From Chrysomallon squamiferum (lineage: Eukaryota; Animalia; Mollusca): a stretch of DNA of 64,000 bases. The DNA is taken from NCBI GenBank assembly GCA_012295275.1, contig CM022671.1:35774001-35838000 (forward strand). Reading direction: 5' to 3'. Below the pieces are notes generated by a model. It was not told the DNA's origin and ran no database searches. It worked only from the letters and a program-made list of their open reading frames with translations. Both the position numbers and the translations under genes were made by a program. Below, piece by piece: positions 28,348 to 44,063 of the stretch (its first letter is position 1; the number at the start of each line of letters is the position of its first letter).

Positions 28348-28812
28348 ACGGGTAAAGATGGCGACCTTTGTTTCCATGGTTACAAGAGATACGGAGACTA
28401 GACGAGGACGTGGGTGTGTAGTTTACGCAGGTACAGCCGTGCACAGCCACGAGGACGTGCTGTCTGAATGACGTTGTGTGTGGGAGCAGCAACATGTGCG
28501 GTGGACACGGCGGACATGTCAATGGGCTTGATAAAAACCTGGCGGGGAAAATTAATGGCCGGTCACGTGACCTGATATCACGACCAGCGCGTTTATCTTG
28601 TAACTTGAGTTGTTTACAATTCATGTTCTTATTGTTATCACTATTGTTGTTTTTATTGTCATTATTGCTGATGTTGTAGTAGTTATTATTGTTGCCGTTG
28701 ATACTGTCGTTGTAGTCCTGGCTTTTGTCTATTATGTTTACTACAACAACAACTACTACAACTACTACTACTACTACTCTACCGATTTTGCTATCGCTTT
28801 TATAATCGTGAC

Positions 28813-28877
<65 letters not shown>

Positions 28878-29243
28878 TTAATCATCATAAAAAATGACAT
28901 CACAGTACTGATAGAAATAAGAGAATATATAATACATGTGTTAAATAATACTGTGATGAATTTAAGTAGATATTAAAATGTACTCCCTGTAAATTATTAA
29001 ATATGATGAAACTGTTTACTGCAGACATAATATAATTGATTATAGTATAATGTGACGTCATGATTAATAAGACAGATATGAAATTTTAATTATAATTTAA
29101 TTTAATTGAATTTTTTTTAGAATTTAAGTGGTACGTTCTTCAGTTTGTTTGTAAATATATTTGTTCATACGTGAGAATACGTGAGTTTTACAAAGATCTG
29201 TATTTTTATTTTTACTGAAACCAGTAACACCGAACTTCATATC
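24515..29243. repeat. Recent tandem segmental duplication; the first copy lacks about 1.1 kb
   Basis: 24515-25621 matches 26331-27449, and 25626-26330 matches 28549-29243, with only scattered SNPs and microsatellite length changes. 27450-28548 is present only in copy 2. Confidence 0.92.
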
Positions 29244-32200
29244 GGAACAAACAAAACACACTTTTTGTAGATATTGATACACAGTATACATTAACTAGTC
29301 CAAACAATCGTTATTAAGTTTAAAAATATCTTCACACTATCTGCTAATACAGCCAGCCACCTGTTAACAATGACACACGTGTAGAAATGTAGAAATTGTA
29401 ATATTTGATATCACTAATACATGACCGCATTACAGCAAGTAAATAGAACAGTTTAATTCTGAGTGTTGATACTACTAAGTTACATGTTACATGCAAAACG
29501 ATCTCAGAACACACAAATTCTGTTCACGTTATCATTTTGTAAAAAGCCTTACTGCTAAGCACAATATTACCCGTGCAAATCTTTTAACATCACTTCACGG
29601 TAGATGGGAAAATGTCAGAAAGAAAGAAAGAAAAAAAAAAAATTAATGAAGATTTTAAAATTATTTTAAACTTCACATGAACCTGCAGTATAAAAATATT
29701 TTAGTATTTCGGGAAGTAGATAAATAAATTATTTTTTTAAAATGAAAATAAAAATTAAAAGAAGACGAAAAAGCATAAAAACAAACTGCACTTAAAAAAA
29801 AAACCCAAGACACCAAACAAAAACAAAACAAAACAAATGAAAACGTAACAAAAAAGAAAAGAAAGAAACATAACAAGAAAATAAAAATAAAAAATAGAAA
29901 AAAAAAACCTTTAAAAAATAAATTAATAAATATTTTTTTTTGTGAAACACCCACACCCCACGAAAAACCCCACAAGAAAACAACCAGAAATCCTTTCTTA
30001 TTTTATCTGTGAAAATGTTAATACTAACGTAAATTATGTTTAAATACCCTATTATTATTGGCTTTTCATATTTATTTATTATTAATGTTATTGTAGTGGT
30101 AGTAGTTGTTGTTGTATATGACACGATTTCCTAATTTAAAACAAAAGAGTTGTAAGGATAACTTTCCTTCACAATTTCTTAACATTTATAACTTTGTAAA
30201 CAAATTTATTTTCTACAAAACTGAACTGACTAGTTACCAATATTTCTACAGAAAGTCAAATTCTTGCTATTTATTTATCTTTCTTTTATGAAATCTTGTC
30301 TAATTCTCTAGTATATTCAGTATTCTGTTTACATAATTATATATTTTAGAAATCTCTTTTTTTAAATTGTATTTTTTTTTTTTTATAATCCGAATGTTTA
30401 TTAAAAAACAAAAAAAAAAAAAAAAAAAAAAATCATGTTGTAATATTCGCTCAAAAAGGATGGTTTCATATTGCTAGATGTCTCAGAACAAAAGAAGGGA
30501 ACTAAAGAGATTTTGGCAAATGCGGTCTCCCGTAGATTTTGACTGCGGGTCGATGTGATATTTTCTTTGAACTGTGCACTCAGCAGTTTGTCTGTCTGTG
30601 TGTACCGCTGTTCACATTCCAGAGATCAGCTTCTGCCAGCTTCGTCGAAATTAGCATCGCCATTGACATTCACATAAACACAGAGAAAGAATCATGCCTG
30701 TGCACGTGCAAACAATTTAACATGCAGCATGCTTCAGCAAGAAATGTTACTGTCGTGAAGAATAAACAGATGAAGAATTTCTCAGTCTGCGCTTTGCTTT
30801 ATTCCAGTGAGACAGATTATTTGCAGTTAGATTTCGGGTGGGTTTTTTTGCTGTGATTAGATTACAAGGGATGAATGAACGTTATTTTTTCACAACACGT
30901 ATTAACAAATGTCAAACGTAATTGTGATTTATTGATGACTTGGCTGGTTTTTTGTTGTTTTTTCTTCAGTTTAGAAATCTTTTTATTAACACGAGTTACG
31001 TATGAAACAAGAACTAACAAGTGGAGCGAGAGTTACTGAATCAGAAAGATATCAGCAGTAAGCTTCATATAACGTTAACAACATCTACTACAACTACTAC
31101 TGTTACAGTTACAACGTTAGTAATTGTTATGACTACTACTTCTACTACAAATACAACACTAGCAATGACTACGACTCCTACTATTACAACAGCAACTACA
31201 ACAACTGCCACTGCTGCTGCTACAGCCGCTTCTATTGCTACAACTTCTTCTACTACTACTCTTACTACTACAACTACTACTACTACTGCTTTTACTGCTG
31301 TTGCCGCTGCTGTTACTACTACTACTACTACTACTGCATGTTTAATACTACAACTCTGTATGATCAACATTGCTAGTACTAGTATTATACACCTGCTAAC
31401 TCATTTACTAATACTGCTACTATCACTAAAACTATTACCACTATTCCGCTATCACTACTGCAACATCTACGGTCACTCGTGTTACACTACAACTACGGCT
31501 GCACTCACTGGTGTTACACTACTACTACGGCTGCGGTCACTGGTGTTAACATTGTTTTACAATCACTACTAAATTTTCTATTGACCCTGTAATTGCATCA
31601 TCTGCTTCTGTCGTAACATTAGACTAGATTAACATTTTCAAACAGTGCTTATAGATATTAAATAAAATTACCATAAATCGTCATAATCTGCTCTGCTGCG
31701 ATTTACATAACAATTTGTTTTATATTTGTTTAATATTTAAAATATTAACAGTGTTATTAGGTCTCTGTGTCAGGTTTAAATATAATGATGATATTAAACA
31801 ACAACTGACTTTGATAAACCAGTCGTGGAACTTTGGTTGGAACGGGAAACACGGCATTGAGAGCTGTCATACTAGTGACAATAACTTGTACGTAAAGTAC
31901 ATTCTGTCACAACTACAGGTGTTCTCGTCTGTTTTTACTAAAATAGCACGTGCGAAGCTGAAAAAAAACAAAAACAACAACAAAAAAAAAAAAAACAACA
32001 AAAACAAAAAAAAAAAAACCCAACAAAAAGAAGAAACCAAAAACATTTTTAAAAAGTAGTGGTGTTTTGAATAATAAAAAAAAAAAGAAAAGAAAAAAAA
32101 AAAAAAAATACAAATTAAAATCAGTCACAACAAAAAAGATTAAAATATTTTAATACGATATTATACAATGATATTGTTATAATTCAAATTTTTTAAATGG

Positions 32201-34387
32201 GCATAATGAATTTCTAAAAAAAAAATTTAGTCATATTTTTTGGTTATTGTTGTTATTGTTGTTTATATTAAAAATTAACAACAATAACAAACAAAATACT
32301 TGAGGCTTGCTTTACCTGCAGGTTTGGCGTTTCGAAAATAACTTCTTTTTTAAATCGCCGTAACGTAAATTGTATTCTTAAAGTGGCATACAGGGTACCA
32401 GAATAACAGAGGTTGTAACGGTTGTTGTTTTTTTTTTTTTTTTTTTTTTTTTTTGTTGCAGTTTTCAATAGAGAGGGCTGTAAACGCTTAATATTTTTTC
32501 AATGGAATGAGTAAAAAATAATAATATTAACAACAACAACAACAAAAATAATAATAATAAATAAATAAATAAAATAAAAAATAAAATAAATAAATAAACA
32601 AGAAAGAAACAAAGGACATATAACAATTATGGTAACGCGGGGATTTTGGAAGGTTCATGAGATGTATAAAGCACAAACGTAGTCACATTTAAAAAAAATA
32701 TTTTTTACTTTGCACGTTTAATTTTTTGAAAGTTTTTGGACTTTCAGGACCCTCCTAGAAAACTGCCGCACCAACTCTGAACTTCCTGAAACTCTGAAAC
32801 TCTGCTGCAGTGCAGGGCAACGGGCCGTGTTGCAGAAACAGTCACGTGTTACAACACAGAACTAGATTACGTCATCACCATCCGCATGTAACTTGGCGTT
32901 GCATCACCGCTGTTGCTGCATGATGTCGAGGTTAACCCGGTGCGGAACGTACTGCAGTCAAACCTGCAGATAACATGAAGGAGAACAAAAAATAAAAAAA
33001 AAATATATAAAAAATAAAAACTTTAGTTAATCGTTATATGCTTGGCATCTGCTCAAAATCAATATCTAAATGTTTCGTCGAGGAAAAACAACTAGATGTA
33101 GGTGGATGCAAAATCGGCACTGCGTGTGGAACAGGATTCTGTTTTTTTGTTTTAAGTTACGTTACAGAAGCTGAGATCAACTCGATCTGTGAAGAGTTTG
33201 ATACTGAAACGTGTCAGAGAGAGCTGAACGCGTCTAGAAGCTGGTGTCAGAGTAAACCGTGAACGAGACCTTTTATTTAACCACGCATGCTGCGTTATAT
33301 ATTTAGCTGTATGACGTCATAGAAATAGATAAGAACCGTACAGGAAGTACGTCACTGCATGCGATAGGCTACTCTTTTTCCAATTTATTATTATTATTTT
33401 ATTAATTTTTATTTATTGGTAGATAGATAGATACATAGATAGACAGAAAGATAGACAGACAAACAGACAGTCCGACAGTCAAACAGATAGATATGCAGAT
33501 ACACTGACAGAGAGTCAGACACACATTCATACAGACAAACTGACATATAGACAGACAGACAGACAGACAGACACACAGATAGATGGGTGACTAGTTAGAC
33601 AAAAAAAAAAAAAAAGAAGAAGAAGAAGAAGAAGAGAAGACAAAAATAAATGGTGAGGGAAAAAAAGGGAGTGAATTAGAGAGAATAAGACCAAATATAT
33701 CAGATAAACAGAAATCATTTATTCTCAAAATTACTTTCCCCGGATGAAGAAAATATGTTGTATATAAAAACTGTGTAACGTAATACACAAAACGGTGTAT
33801 GTTTTAGTTGGGGCGCGTGTTCAGATAACTCCGTCGAGTCGTGAAATGTACATTGATAAACTCGTACAAGAGTTTAATTGTAAACCCGCCGTCTGCAAGT
33901 CTGATAACGTTGTCACTTCGCAAATCATCACGTGATACGCGCCATTTTCTCACGTCTTTTTTAAACGTAGCGAATTAAAAAAAAAAAAAAAAAAAAAAGA
34001 AAGAGCTAAACATTTAATGTTATAAGTTATAAATTGTGCTACGAGTGATAAATTAACGTCAAAAAAGCACGGAAAATTTTCCGACTGTGGCTTGGAGCGA
34101 CAGGTCTGGCTGTTTGGACGGTAGCCGGAATTGTAACTGAACTTTGATGGAAAGGTTAGCTAGTCGTACGTGACCTATCAAACACACTGGGAGAAAAATG
34201 CTATGGGAACAAAACTAATAATATATAGATTAAAAAGTCATCTTGGTTAGTGGCGAACACCGAAAGGCAAGTGGAAAAATACCGATTACTATTCTTTATC
34301 AACTGGAAAAAAGTACTTCCAGATATAGAATGATAGGACTGAATAGATTTTATCGCGTTGAAAATAAAATTTAGTGTCTTTTTGCTG

Positions 34388-34421
<34 letters not shown>

Positions 34422-34443
34422 TCTGAAGTACTTCGAATGAAAT

Positions 34444-34485
<42 letters not shown>

Positions 34486-34534
34486 GCTTTAAAAATAAAA
34501 ATAAACAAGAACATGCGACTGAGAAAATATCAAA

Positions 34535-34633
<99 letters not shown>

Positions 34634-35144
34634 AGGAGACGTAGTCAAAAGAGAGAAACAGAAAGAGAGGTAGACAGACAGACAGACAGACAGACAGACA
34701 CAGAGAATATTCTAACATTCGGCCAGAAAACATCCTGACAGACACACACGTATACATACAGTTAAATGCACAGGTCTATCTCTTCATCATTACCCTGCAC
34801 AATTCGTTTAAGAGAAATCTTTATTAACTGATAAACTGACAATGATAAATGACGCAGCAAATATTGTGAAACCAAACAAAGAAATATAAACACACAGCAC
34901 AGAAGTCAGTTTTCACGTGAGAACATGAAAAAGCAATAGCTGTGAAATGTAACTGGCATGGGTTTAGTTTGACAGATACAAATGGTTTTAAACAATGTTA
35001 TTAGGCAAAGTTCAAATGCATTAAATACTAGAAAAATCTCTGTTGCGTGTTTTAAATCAGAATACACTCTAGATTTCAGTATAATTTAAAAAGTTACTCT
35101 TTCTTTAATAACCGAAATCACACTGAAAATTTTATCACTGAAAG

Positions 35145-35186
<42 letters not shown>

Positions 35187-35249
35187 TTTTTATTTATTTA
35201 TTTTATTTTTTTATTTTTTTTATATCATCTACGTCTTTACATGTTCTCT

Positions 35250-35320
35250 GTGAGGTTGTAGTGTATTGGTTAGAGCACTCACTTAAGGAACCGTGGTTTC
35301 TGGGATCAAATCTCCACTGT
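35250..35320 (+). mobile_element. Degenerate tRNA-derived (SINE head-like) fragment
   Basis: A-box-like TAGTGTATTGG (35259-35269) followed by TTAGAGCAC, and B-box-like GGGATCAAATC (35302-35312) at tRNA-like spacing. No intact cloverleaf. Confidence 0.45.
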
Positions 35321-35620
35321 CTCATTGTTCCAGCCTACGTCAAACGTCACAGTCTGTCTTACGTCATAAACAAATAAAATATTTCTCACTGATAAAAGTA
35401 TTACGTTGTGGCAGCACAGGATTTCCTTTCGTATTCTGTGATAACAAAATGAACAGTAATATGTAATGAATTACCTTGTTGTGGTGTAAAAACAAACGTT
35501 TCAGCATTTGGTCTTCTCTGAACAGGACCTTTCCGCTTTTTATTATTATTATTTTTTTTTAATAAAAGATTGTAAATAGTTAACTGAAACTAGTTTTTTC
35601 TTATTTTTATTAGAGTTAAG

Positions 35621-35660
<40 letters not shown>

Positions 35661-36187
35661 TACAAATTATTACTTGCAGTTTGTTTAATTAATCAGTATA
35701 AATGTATTTTATTAAAATTAATCATTCAAATGTTGAGTTCATTTTGAATGCGGCTAAGTTTTGCGATCAACCAGCATTATTTCAGTTTTATTTATTAATA
35801 AATCATGTGACCAACTGTATGAATAGCTGCAAAAATGCTTTATACAGTTCTTTTAAAATTGTATAGAAATTAAATTGATTGAGATAACTGACTGTACAGA
35901 ATTTTATTTAAAGATTAGAATTAACAAACCAACGGAAGTAATTACTATGCATTATTATTATTATTATTAATTTTTTTTTTAGATTTTGTCCTGGAATTTA
36001 CATCCGAAATCCAAATATCTTTATTCTCATAAACTGAAGGTTTTGTAACAGACAAGGATTACAGATATTTAAAATGCCCATCCGGATTAAACTCGGTTTT
36101 GTTCATAATGGATTAACAATAGCTGCACTTTGAACTGGCGCCGGTTTATGCAGAAATCCGGATTAGTCTAAATTCGGTGAGTGTGAA

Positions 36188-36698
<511 letters not shown>

Positions 36699-38397
36699 AA
36701 TACGAACAGGTAAAACAAAAACAGAAGAAATGCCCGAGTATTGACAAATGTGTAAAATATAACTGTTATCTTTGCAAGAAAAACTGCACTGCTCAGCACT
36801 GTCAAAGTTTTCTGTTTTAATCGGTTTAGTTTTCAGTCGGTCACGTTACGTAAGTAAAATGTCTACGTGATGAAACAAAACAAAAAACCAACCAGTGTCT
36901 TTTTTTTCATCTGAACACTTCACACTTCATGTTCTAGACGCAGAGGTGCAGTGGGTTGGGCGTGATTTACTGTGTGATAGTTTATCTGGAGGAAGTTACA
37001 ACGCCAGAAATTGTCTTGAAAACTTAATAAAAAAAAATAAAATAAAATAAAAACAAGGGAAAAAAGAAAACAAATTGTTTGATTTTTCGTTTGTCCAAGC
37101 GTATTGAATTTAGTGTTAAAAGAAGAAAGGTGAATAACGAGAAATCCAATATTTTTTATTACTTCAGACTGCTTGTTGTGAAGTATCCCTTTACCAGAGT
37201 TTGTCATTGAGAAACAAGTGAAAAAAACACGTCACCATACCTGCATTTTAGTATCTGTAAAAATAAATAAAAACTACATAAATACATATGTCTGTATCTT
37301 ATTCCTGGGATCTGTCTATCAGTCTATCTATCAGTATATCAATTTCTCTGACTATCTTTTAATAAAAGAACCTGTTTAAATATGCAGACATTTTGTATTT
37401 AATACGCTAATCATACAAGTGAGGAACTGTATTAGAACCCCCCCTCAAAACCGCTCCGAAAAATCTAGTAAAGAAAGAGTCACCTTGTCCCCCCCACCCC
37501 ACAGCGATAAAACTGAAAACCCCGCGAAACAGCAATAATACAGAAGCTATAAAATTAGAAATGCAGACGATATGAAAATCATTTATCATGTGCAGTTTGA
37601 CATTGGCCGGACAGAGAGTTAAACTCGGGGTGACAGATTTCGCCAATAAATGGCTCCTGCCTAATTTTCGACAATCGCTTTATCAGCAAGCGGATTCAGA
37701 CAACAACTGTGCATGCAGCAGCAGGTAACCAACGTCTTCGGTTTTACTTATGATAACGGTTATGAATGACAGAGATCCAAAGAATACGATACAAGCTCAG
37801 TGCTACTGTATATCTGGGTCACGTGCGATATGTAAAAAAAAATGAACGCCGGTCACCCTGAAATATCGCGAAGAACCGCTCGCAACCGATTAAGTTTCGT
37901 ATATCGGACAGCGGTAGTTTCCAGTCCAAAGGGTTTTTCGTCTGGGATTTTTTTTTTTTTTTTTTTTTTATTCACTTGTGATCTGCATGTTGCGTTGCTG
38001 TGCACACGAAGCCGTGATAGCTGCTGGTGAGTACCGCAGCACGTAAGCAGGGGAATGTCACCTTCACTCGATGAGACAAGATTTTGATGCACGACACAGC
38101 TGTTACAAATGTTTGAAAATTTTTTAAATATTATTTTTAAAAAAAATTGCGTAGGTTACAAAACACAGTGAGGTAAAAAAAAAAAAAAAAAAAAAAACAA
38201 CAAACAAAAACAACAACAAAAAAACAACAACAACACATTTTAAGAATAATAAATATTTATTTCATATGATTATATATTAATTTAATATAATTAATCACCA
38301 ACAGAGATGTCAACATAGTTATAAACTTTTCACCTAATCTGGTCCAGCTTCCTTAATATCATCATAATATACGATTCTGTTTATCTTTCTGTTTATC

Positions 38398-38580
<183 letters not shown>

Positions 38581-40353
38581 TCTCTACATTTTTATTTTGT
38601 TTTATTTAAACTAAAGAATTAGAAGCTCAGTAATATTTCTCGTTTATTTAAAAAAAATTATTTTTGTGATTCCACCGACTTTAGTCATGTGAAAACAGCA
38701 CCATGATGTCCAGGCCTTCTGTTATAGCCCTGTAGATATAAGCGTTTAAGATACAACATATGAGATGACGTCACTTGCTTATGCTTTTTGAGTACAGAGT
38801 ATTATTACATTATTGTATTATTAAATATCAGTATCACTGCATACAGACAGATAAATAGACATATATATACACGCGCACACACACAGGTGAATAGAAAAAT
38901 AGACACAGAGATAGACAGAGACATATAGGCACATAGACTGTATGCATGTATGTATATGTGTTTACGTATGTCTGTATATATATATATATATATGTTTGTG
39001 TGCGAGTTAATATGAATGACAGTATGTATGTATGTGTGTGTGTGTATCTTTATGTATGTTTATTTACAAGTGAATATGTGTAAGGGTGTGCGTATGTAAC
39101 ATGAACTAAGATATTTTTGTATATTCTGTGACTGCAACAGAAGACTGAGAACAAAAAGGGCAGGTACTGGAAGTACAGGTTTGAGTAAACACGTGCATCA
39201 CGGTACAGTCGAAGTGTGCAAGTTTCAACTGCTTCTGATTATTTAGTTAACATTTGTAGATCTTGCACAACGACGTATTCTTCACTTTGCCGACTTCACG
39301 GGGTTTCGCTGAACGCGGCAAGATGAGCCGTGTCAAACAGCAGCGTTTTCGCCTGACTCCGAGCTATGGAGCTCTACAGGGGTCCTATTTTGGTAAAGAA
39401 TAACAGAGAATAAATAAATGTAGTAACGTAAACTCTTACTGTCTGTCATAGGTAAAAGAAAAAAGCTGGAAATTGTGTCTGATATCAGCTGAATCAAACT
39501 GGAAATTTTTAAATTTTGAGATCGAGTCGTTAAGATGAAGATGATTCAGTTCATACCTGCATCCGAACATCTTCTTTAGCATTAACACTTTTACATCTTT
39601 TGTTATTCATGGCTTTGACAGAAATGTGTGTGTCTTGTACTGGATGGCCAGACTGTTGAGGTTCAGACAGACAGACAGACAAGGTGGTTATTGGGATTAT
39701 TTAAATCTGTTTTACTGTTTGTAGATCCAACTGATGCTGGAAGATGAAGAGGGTTGCAGTCAGTAAATCGTTACGCCTCGGTTACGAATTTACTGGAATC
39801 AAAGCCAGCATCATTTAGATCGGCGGTCCCATGCACACCATCATTGCAACACGTCAACAAACTCAGTTTACTGCGACGTCGTCATTTGAGCTGTTTTACA
39901 GATTTCAAACAGTGTTTTGTGCGTGGCTAAACTGATATCTGTTCAGAGTTTAAATAATTAAACGAAACTCTGATATGTTAAAATTTACAAATTAAAATCT
40001 ATTATTATTAAATTATTTTATTAAAACGAATTAATTCACAGAATGACGCAGACTTTATTTAGAAACTTTGTTTCAGTACAAGTTTTCAGTTTCGTGACAT
40101 TTCAAACTGGTTCAATCCACAGTTGTTGAACCATTTTTTTTTTTTATTTACAGATCCAGACTCCCCCCCGATCACGTGATAAACATGAGGGATAGTGTGG
40201 ACAAGTGACCAATCATAAAAAGATGAAATGCTAGAAATTAAATCAAATTATTTGAAAATTAACAATTTGAATTCATCTGCTTCATTTTAACAGTGGGAAA
40301 ATACAGTTACACAGTTCACACGATGTAATGTACAAACAAACAAACAACCAAAC

Positions 40354-40384
<31 letters not shown>

Positions 40385-40696
40385 GACAATATAAATTATT
40401 TAACTTTTATTACAATGTGCACTTTATTTTTATCATTTTTAATTATTATTATTATTTTTTTTTACAAATAAATTAATATTTAAACTATATATACATAATT
40501 TTATATTTCCATTCGGAAAACAGAATAAAAAAGCCCTCTCATTAAAGTGTTGTAATAAAAAATGAAGAAGGAAGGGCGGTTTGATATAAAAAAATTCATT
40601 AACATAATTACAAATAAATCAATACATTAAAACACTGTGAATGAAAGAAGAGTTGTTGTCGAAGTTCAAAGTACAAATGTTTATATATATGCATAT

Positions 40697-40751
<55 letters not shown>

Positions 40752-40927
40752 TAATACACACACACACTCAATTATATATTTTTATATATATATATATATA
40801 TATACACGAGTGTGTGTGTGTGTATTAAATATACATTACAAAGTACAGAATTAGAGTATGATGTACACAAAAAACAAAAACATTAAAGATATAGACAGAA
40901 AAAGACATAGAGGGAGACAATGTGTGC

Positions 40928-40995
<68 letters not shown>

Positions 40996-41344
40996 TTATT
41001 ACTTGTTTTACACGCGGTGTACAATACATTACTATCTGTTATCTACTAAGTGACTAGAAAAGACGTTCTCTCTATCAATCAACACATAATTACAAATTCC
41101 ATCACACACCTGGCGCACATCGATACGCACTGTGCGTGCGCACGCATAACACTGCACAACATACTTTAATGTATTTTATACAGCTCGATGTAAAAAATGT
41201 CACTGCCATTTCTCTCATTCGCTGGAATTGGCTTTCGCGCTTTAGAAGTTTAGCATTTCTCCATACTGAGAAAGATCCTGAAAGTGAAAACTATCTGGCA
41301 GGAATCTACATATGGCAGCAGAGAAGACCGTTGACCCTGGGACA

Positions 41345-41489
41345 GTGTTGTACGTGCGGTCACACACGCTCGAGTAAATACCGCTAGATTCTCACAGAGC
41401 AAGTTCTGACCAATCACGCGCCCGCCGTCTGTGTGACGTATGACGTACCGTCTGCTCTTTTAAAGGCGCCACGCGCTCGGCGCTTCGTC
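41345..41489 (+). promoter_or_regulatory. Predicted promoter of globin B
   Basis: Relative to Inr-like TCATTT (A at 41490): TTTTAAA at 41458-41464 (about -30), tandem TGACGTA at 41434-41447, GC box at 41417-41426, CCAAT at 41410 (about -80), HRE TACGTGC at 41351. Confidence 0.65.
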
Positions 41490-41533
41490 ATTTGACGACG
41501 GAACAGAAGTACAGTACTCTAGACGTGAAACCG
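41490..41533 (+). other. Predicted non-coding first exon (5'UTR) of globin B
   Basis: Ends at CCG|GTAAGT (41534). A strong acceptor TTTCTCTTCCAG (44040) lies 23 nt upstream of the globin B ATG. Confidence 0.6.
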
Positions 41534-44063
41534 GTAAGTCATTGTTTTACATTGCATCTCTAATAAGTGCGTGAAGCACTAGTCGACAACAGAAGTACGT
41601 AAAATCTTTTTGAGTTTTAAAATTAATACTGCTAAAACTTTTTTTTATAAATTTTATATTTACGTAACTTGCGTTAAGTTTTGAAACATTTCTGATGATA
41701 GTTTTGTTGCAGAAGTTTCTTTTGGAAACTTTAAAAAAAAAGAGAGTAGAGAAGAAAAATAGATGCTAATATAGATTTTTGTTTAAGAAGATGAGTTGTT
41801 AGAAATTGTTTTGTAAAAAAAAAAAAAGAAGAAATAATGAAAAAAAAAAAAAAAAGAACCACGGAATTTCTTAAAACGTAGCTGGTATTTCTTCAGTGAG
41901 ATTTTGTTGTTTCAAATTTATCTGAATTACAAACGTGAAAATGTGGGCGGTTTCAGTGAACATTTTCTCTCGATGTTGCCGAACATGTAAAAATAAAATC
42001 TCTGTTTTTAATCTTTTCTTCCAAGTTTTCTTGAACAAGCGTCCACATCTAGTTTGTATACTTTTTCTTTCACTTTACAACTTTCTTTTTCTTGCTGCTG
42101 AAAATACTTTTTTTTTGTATTTAACCCGGCAAAGGCTTTGAAACGAAGTACATCTACATTCAGCTGTAGCCGTTTGTGTTTCTACAGCATTTTATTTCAG
42201 TGCACAGCTAAAACTGTTTTGTCACTTCGATTTTTGAAATGCAGATAGTTTACGGAGTTTTCGCACTGTTTTGTCACCGTTTCCCGTTCGGCGGTTTCCG
42301 TGAGCGTCTAACGCTGTACGGTGACCTTGCCCGGTTCGTTTAATCGGAAATTTCCGACCGAGCTGTAACATGAATGAGTCACTTATGGAAATGAAACATA
42401 CATATTTCTCTGTGACGGCTGCCTGGTGCCTGATCCGATTTCATTTGACACTTTTCAAATTTCAGTTCCGATACACACACAGGCGGTTATTTGTGCGTGC
42501 ATTTTTTTTATTAATTTAACTTTTTTAAAATTTACTTATTATTGTTATTTTTTAAAGTTTGTAATTTGTTACACTTTCGCTCTTCTTTCGCTTTCAGTTT
42601 TGAGATATTTTGAATTTCAGATCAAGAAATATTTTCTTAATTTATATTTATACAAGCAGTCGCCAGACTTGTCACGCCTGCTGGTTACATTTTTCATAAT
42701 TTATGACTGCCAGTAAAAATCGCTTATAAAGTTATTTATCGCTATAGGCGCATGGCTTCAGACTTTCATCTCAGATTTAAATAACTTTGATTTAAAAGGT
42801 AAGATTTATGCCTAACGTACTTAAAAAGAAAAAGGAATAATTTAAATCGTAATCATATTAATATTTATTTTTACTACTGTAACGAATTAGAAGTTGGGAA
42901 AAACTTTGGAAACAAAACTTAAAACATTTCCCTATATTTACATAATGTTAACAGAAAAAAAAAAAAAAAAAAAAAAAAGAAATAGAAAAATAATTAAGTA
43001 CAACATTGTTGCGACTCGGAAGTTTGAAAAGTTATTATAAAATGATTAGTGACGACGACGTCTGCTGGTGTAATTTTGTACGAAGTTGTAAAAGTGGGGG
43101 GGGGCGGCGGATGTTGAATGGCGGGATTACGACGTCTGCGCCAGTTCCAGTTTGATCTTCGCGCGGTAAACACGAGTTTGGCCGTCACTGGAATGCGTCG
43201 ACTTTGTTTGCACAGATTTATAAATTCTTCTTCTTCGCTTTCTTCAAATATCTTTGGCATCTGTACTTTAAACAGCGAGTTGCAAATTTTCCTGAAGCGT
43301 AGCGGTTTTTTTCCACTTCGTTATGACTGCGTTTCTAATTGAGTGTTTCAGACACTATAAGTGTATCGTGTTTTGGGTTTTTTTTTTTTTTTTTTTATAA
43401 AGCTGAGGATATTGTCTAGACTGATCAATTTTTCTAACACGACGACGCAAGTAACACCGTGCAGACGTGACACAGGTGCACACAGGTGTCGCTGACGTAT
43501 TGCTTTAGTTTTGAAGTAAAAGTAAAAATATTAAAAAAAAAATAAAGATTCTTCTGTGACAATATTTTTCCCTCCCCCACCTTTAATAGGTTTTATTAAA
43601 TTCAGGAAACAGTTTTGAATTTAAAAAAAAAAAAATTCTGAATGTTGACGGAGGTGTCGGTGAAAGCCGCCACAGTACTGCGTTGATGCTGTTGTTTCAA
43701 CGTGTCTGTCGTCACCTCGGAACACGGGGTCAGAGGAGTCGATCAAGTACAGCATGTTTTTCAAAACACGCAAACTCACTTACCTGACCTTGACACTGAA
43801 CTCGCAACAGTGGTAATAACAACACGTGTGTTGTGAGAACTGTTTCTGGTTTAAAACAGAGAACTGACTGGGGGAGACACAATAACGTCTACATACACAA
43901 CGCTTTTGTAAAACCCCAGTAACCATCAGTTCTATTATTCTGTTCTCATCTTGTTCAGATACTTTTTACAGGTGTACAGTGCTTTCATTCTGTTGTGGTG
44001 GTGTTCGTGTGTGTAAGTAAATGTTTTCTTTCTCTTCCAGTTTTGTATTCATCCTAACTAACG

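Noticed and set aside
28106-28903. 265-aa minus-strand ORF and its 121-aa copy at 25618-25983
   Set aside because: GTG start, mostly trinucleotide and CA repeats, no coherent domain.
31021-31572. 183-aa Thr/Ala-rich ORF
   Set aside because: Degenerate (ACT/GCT)n tract with a GTG start.
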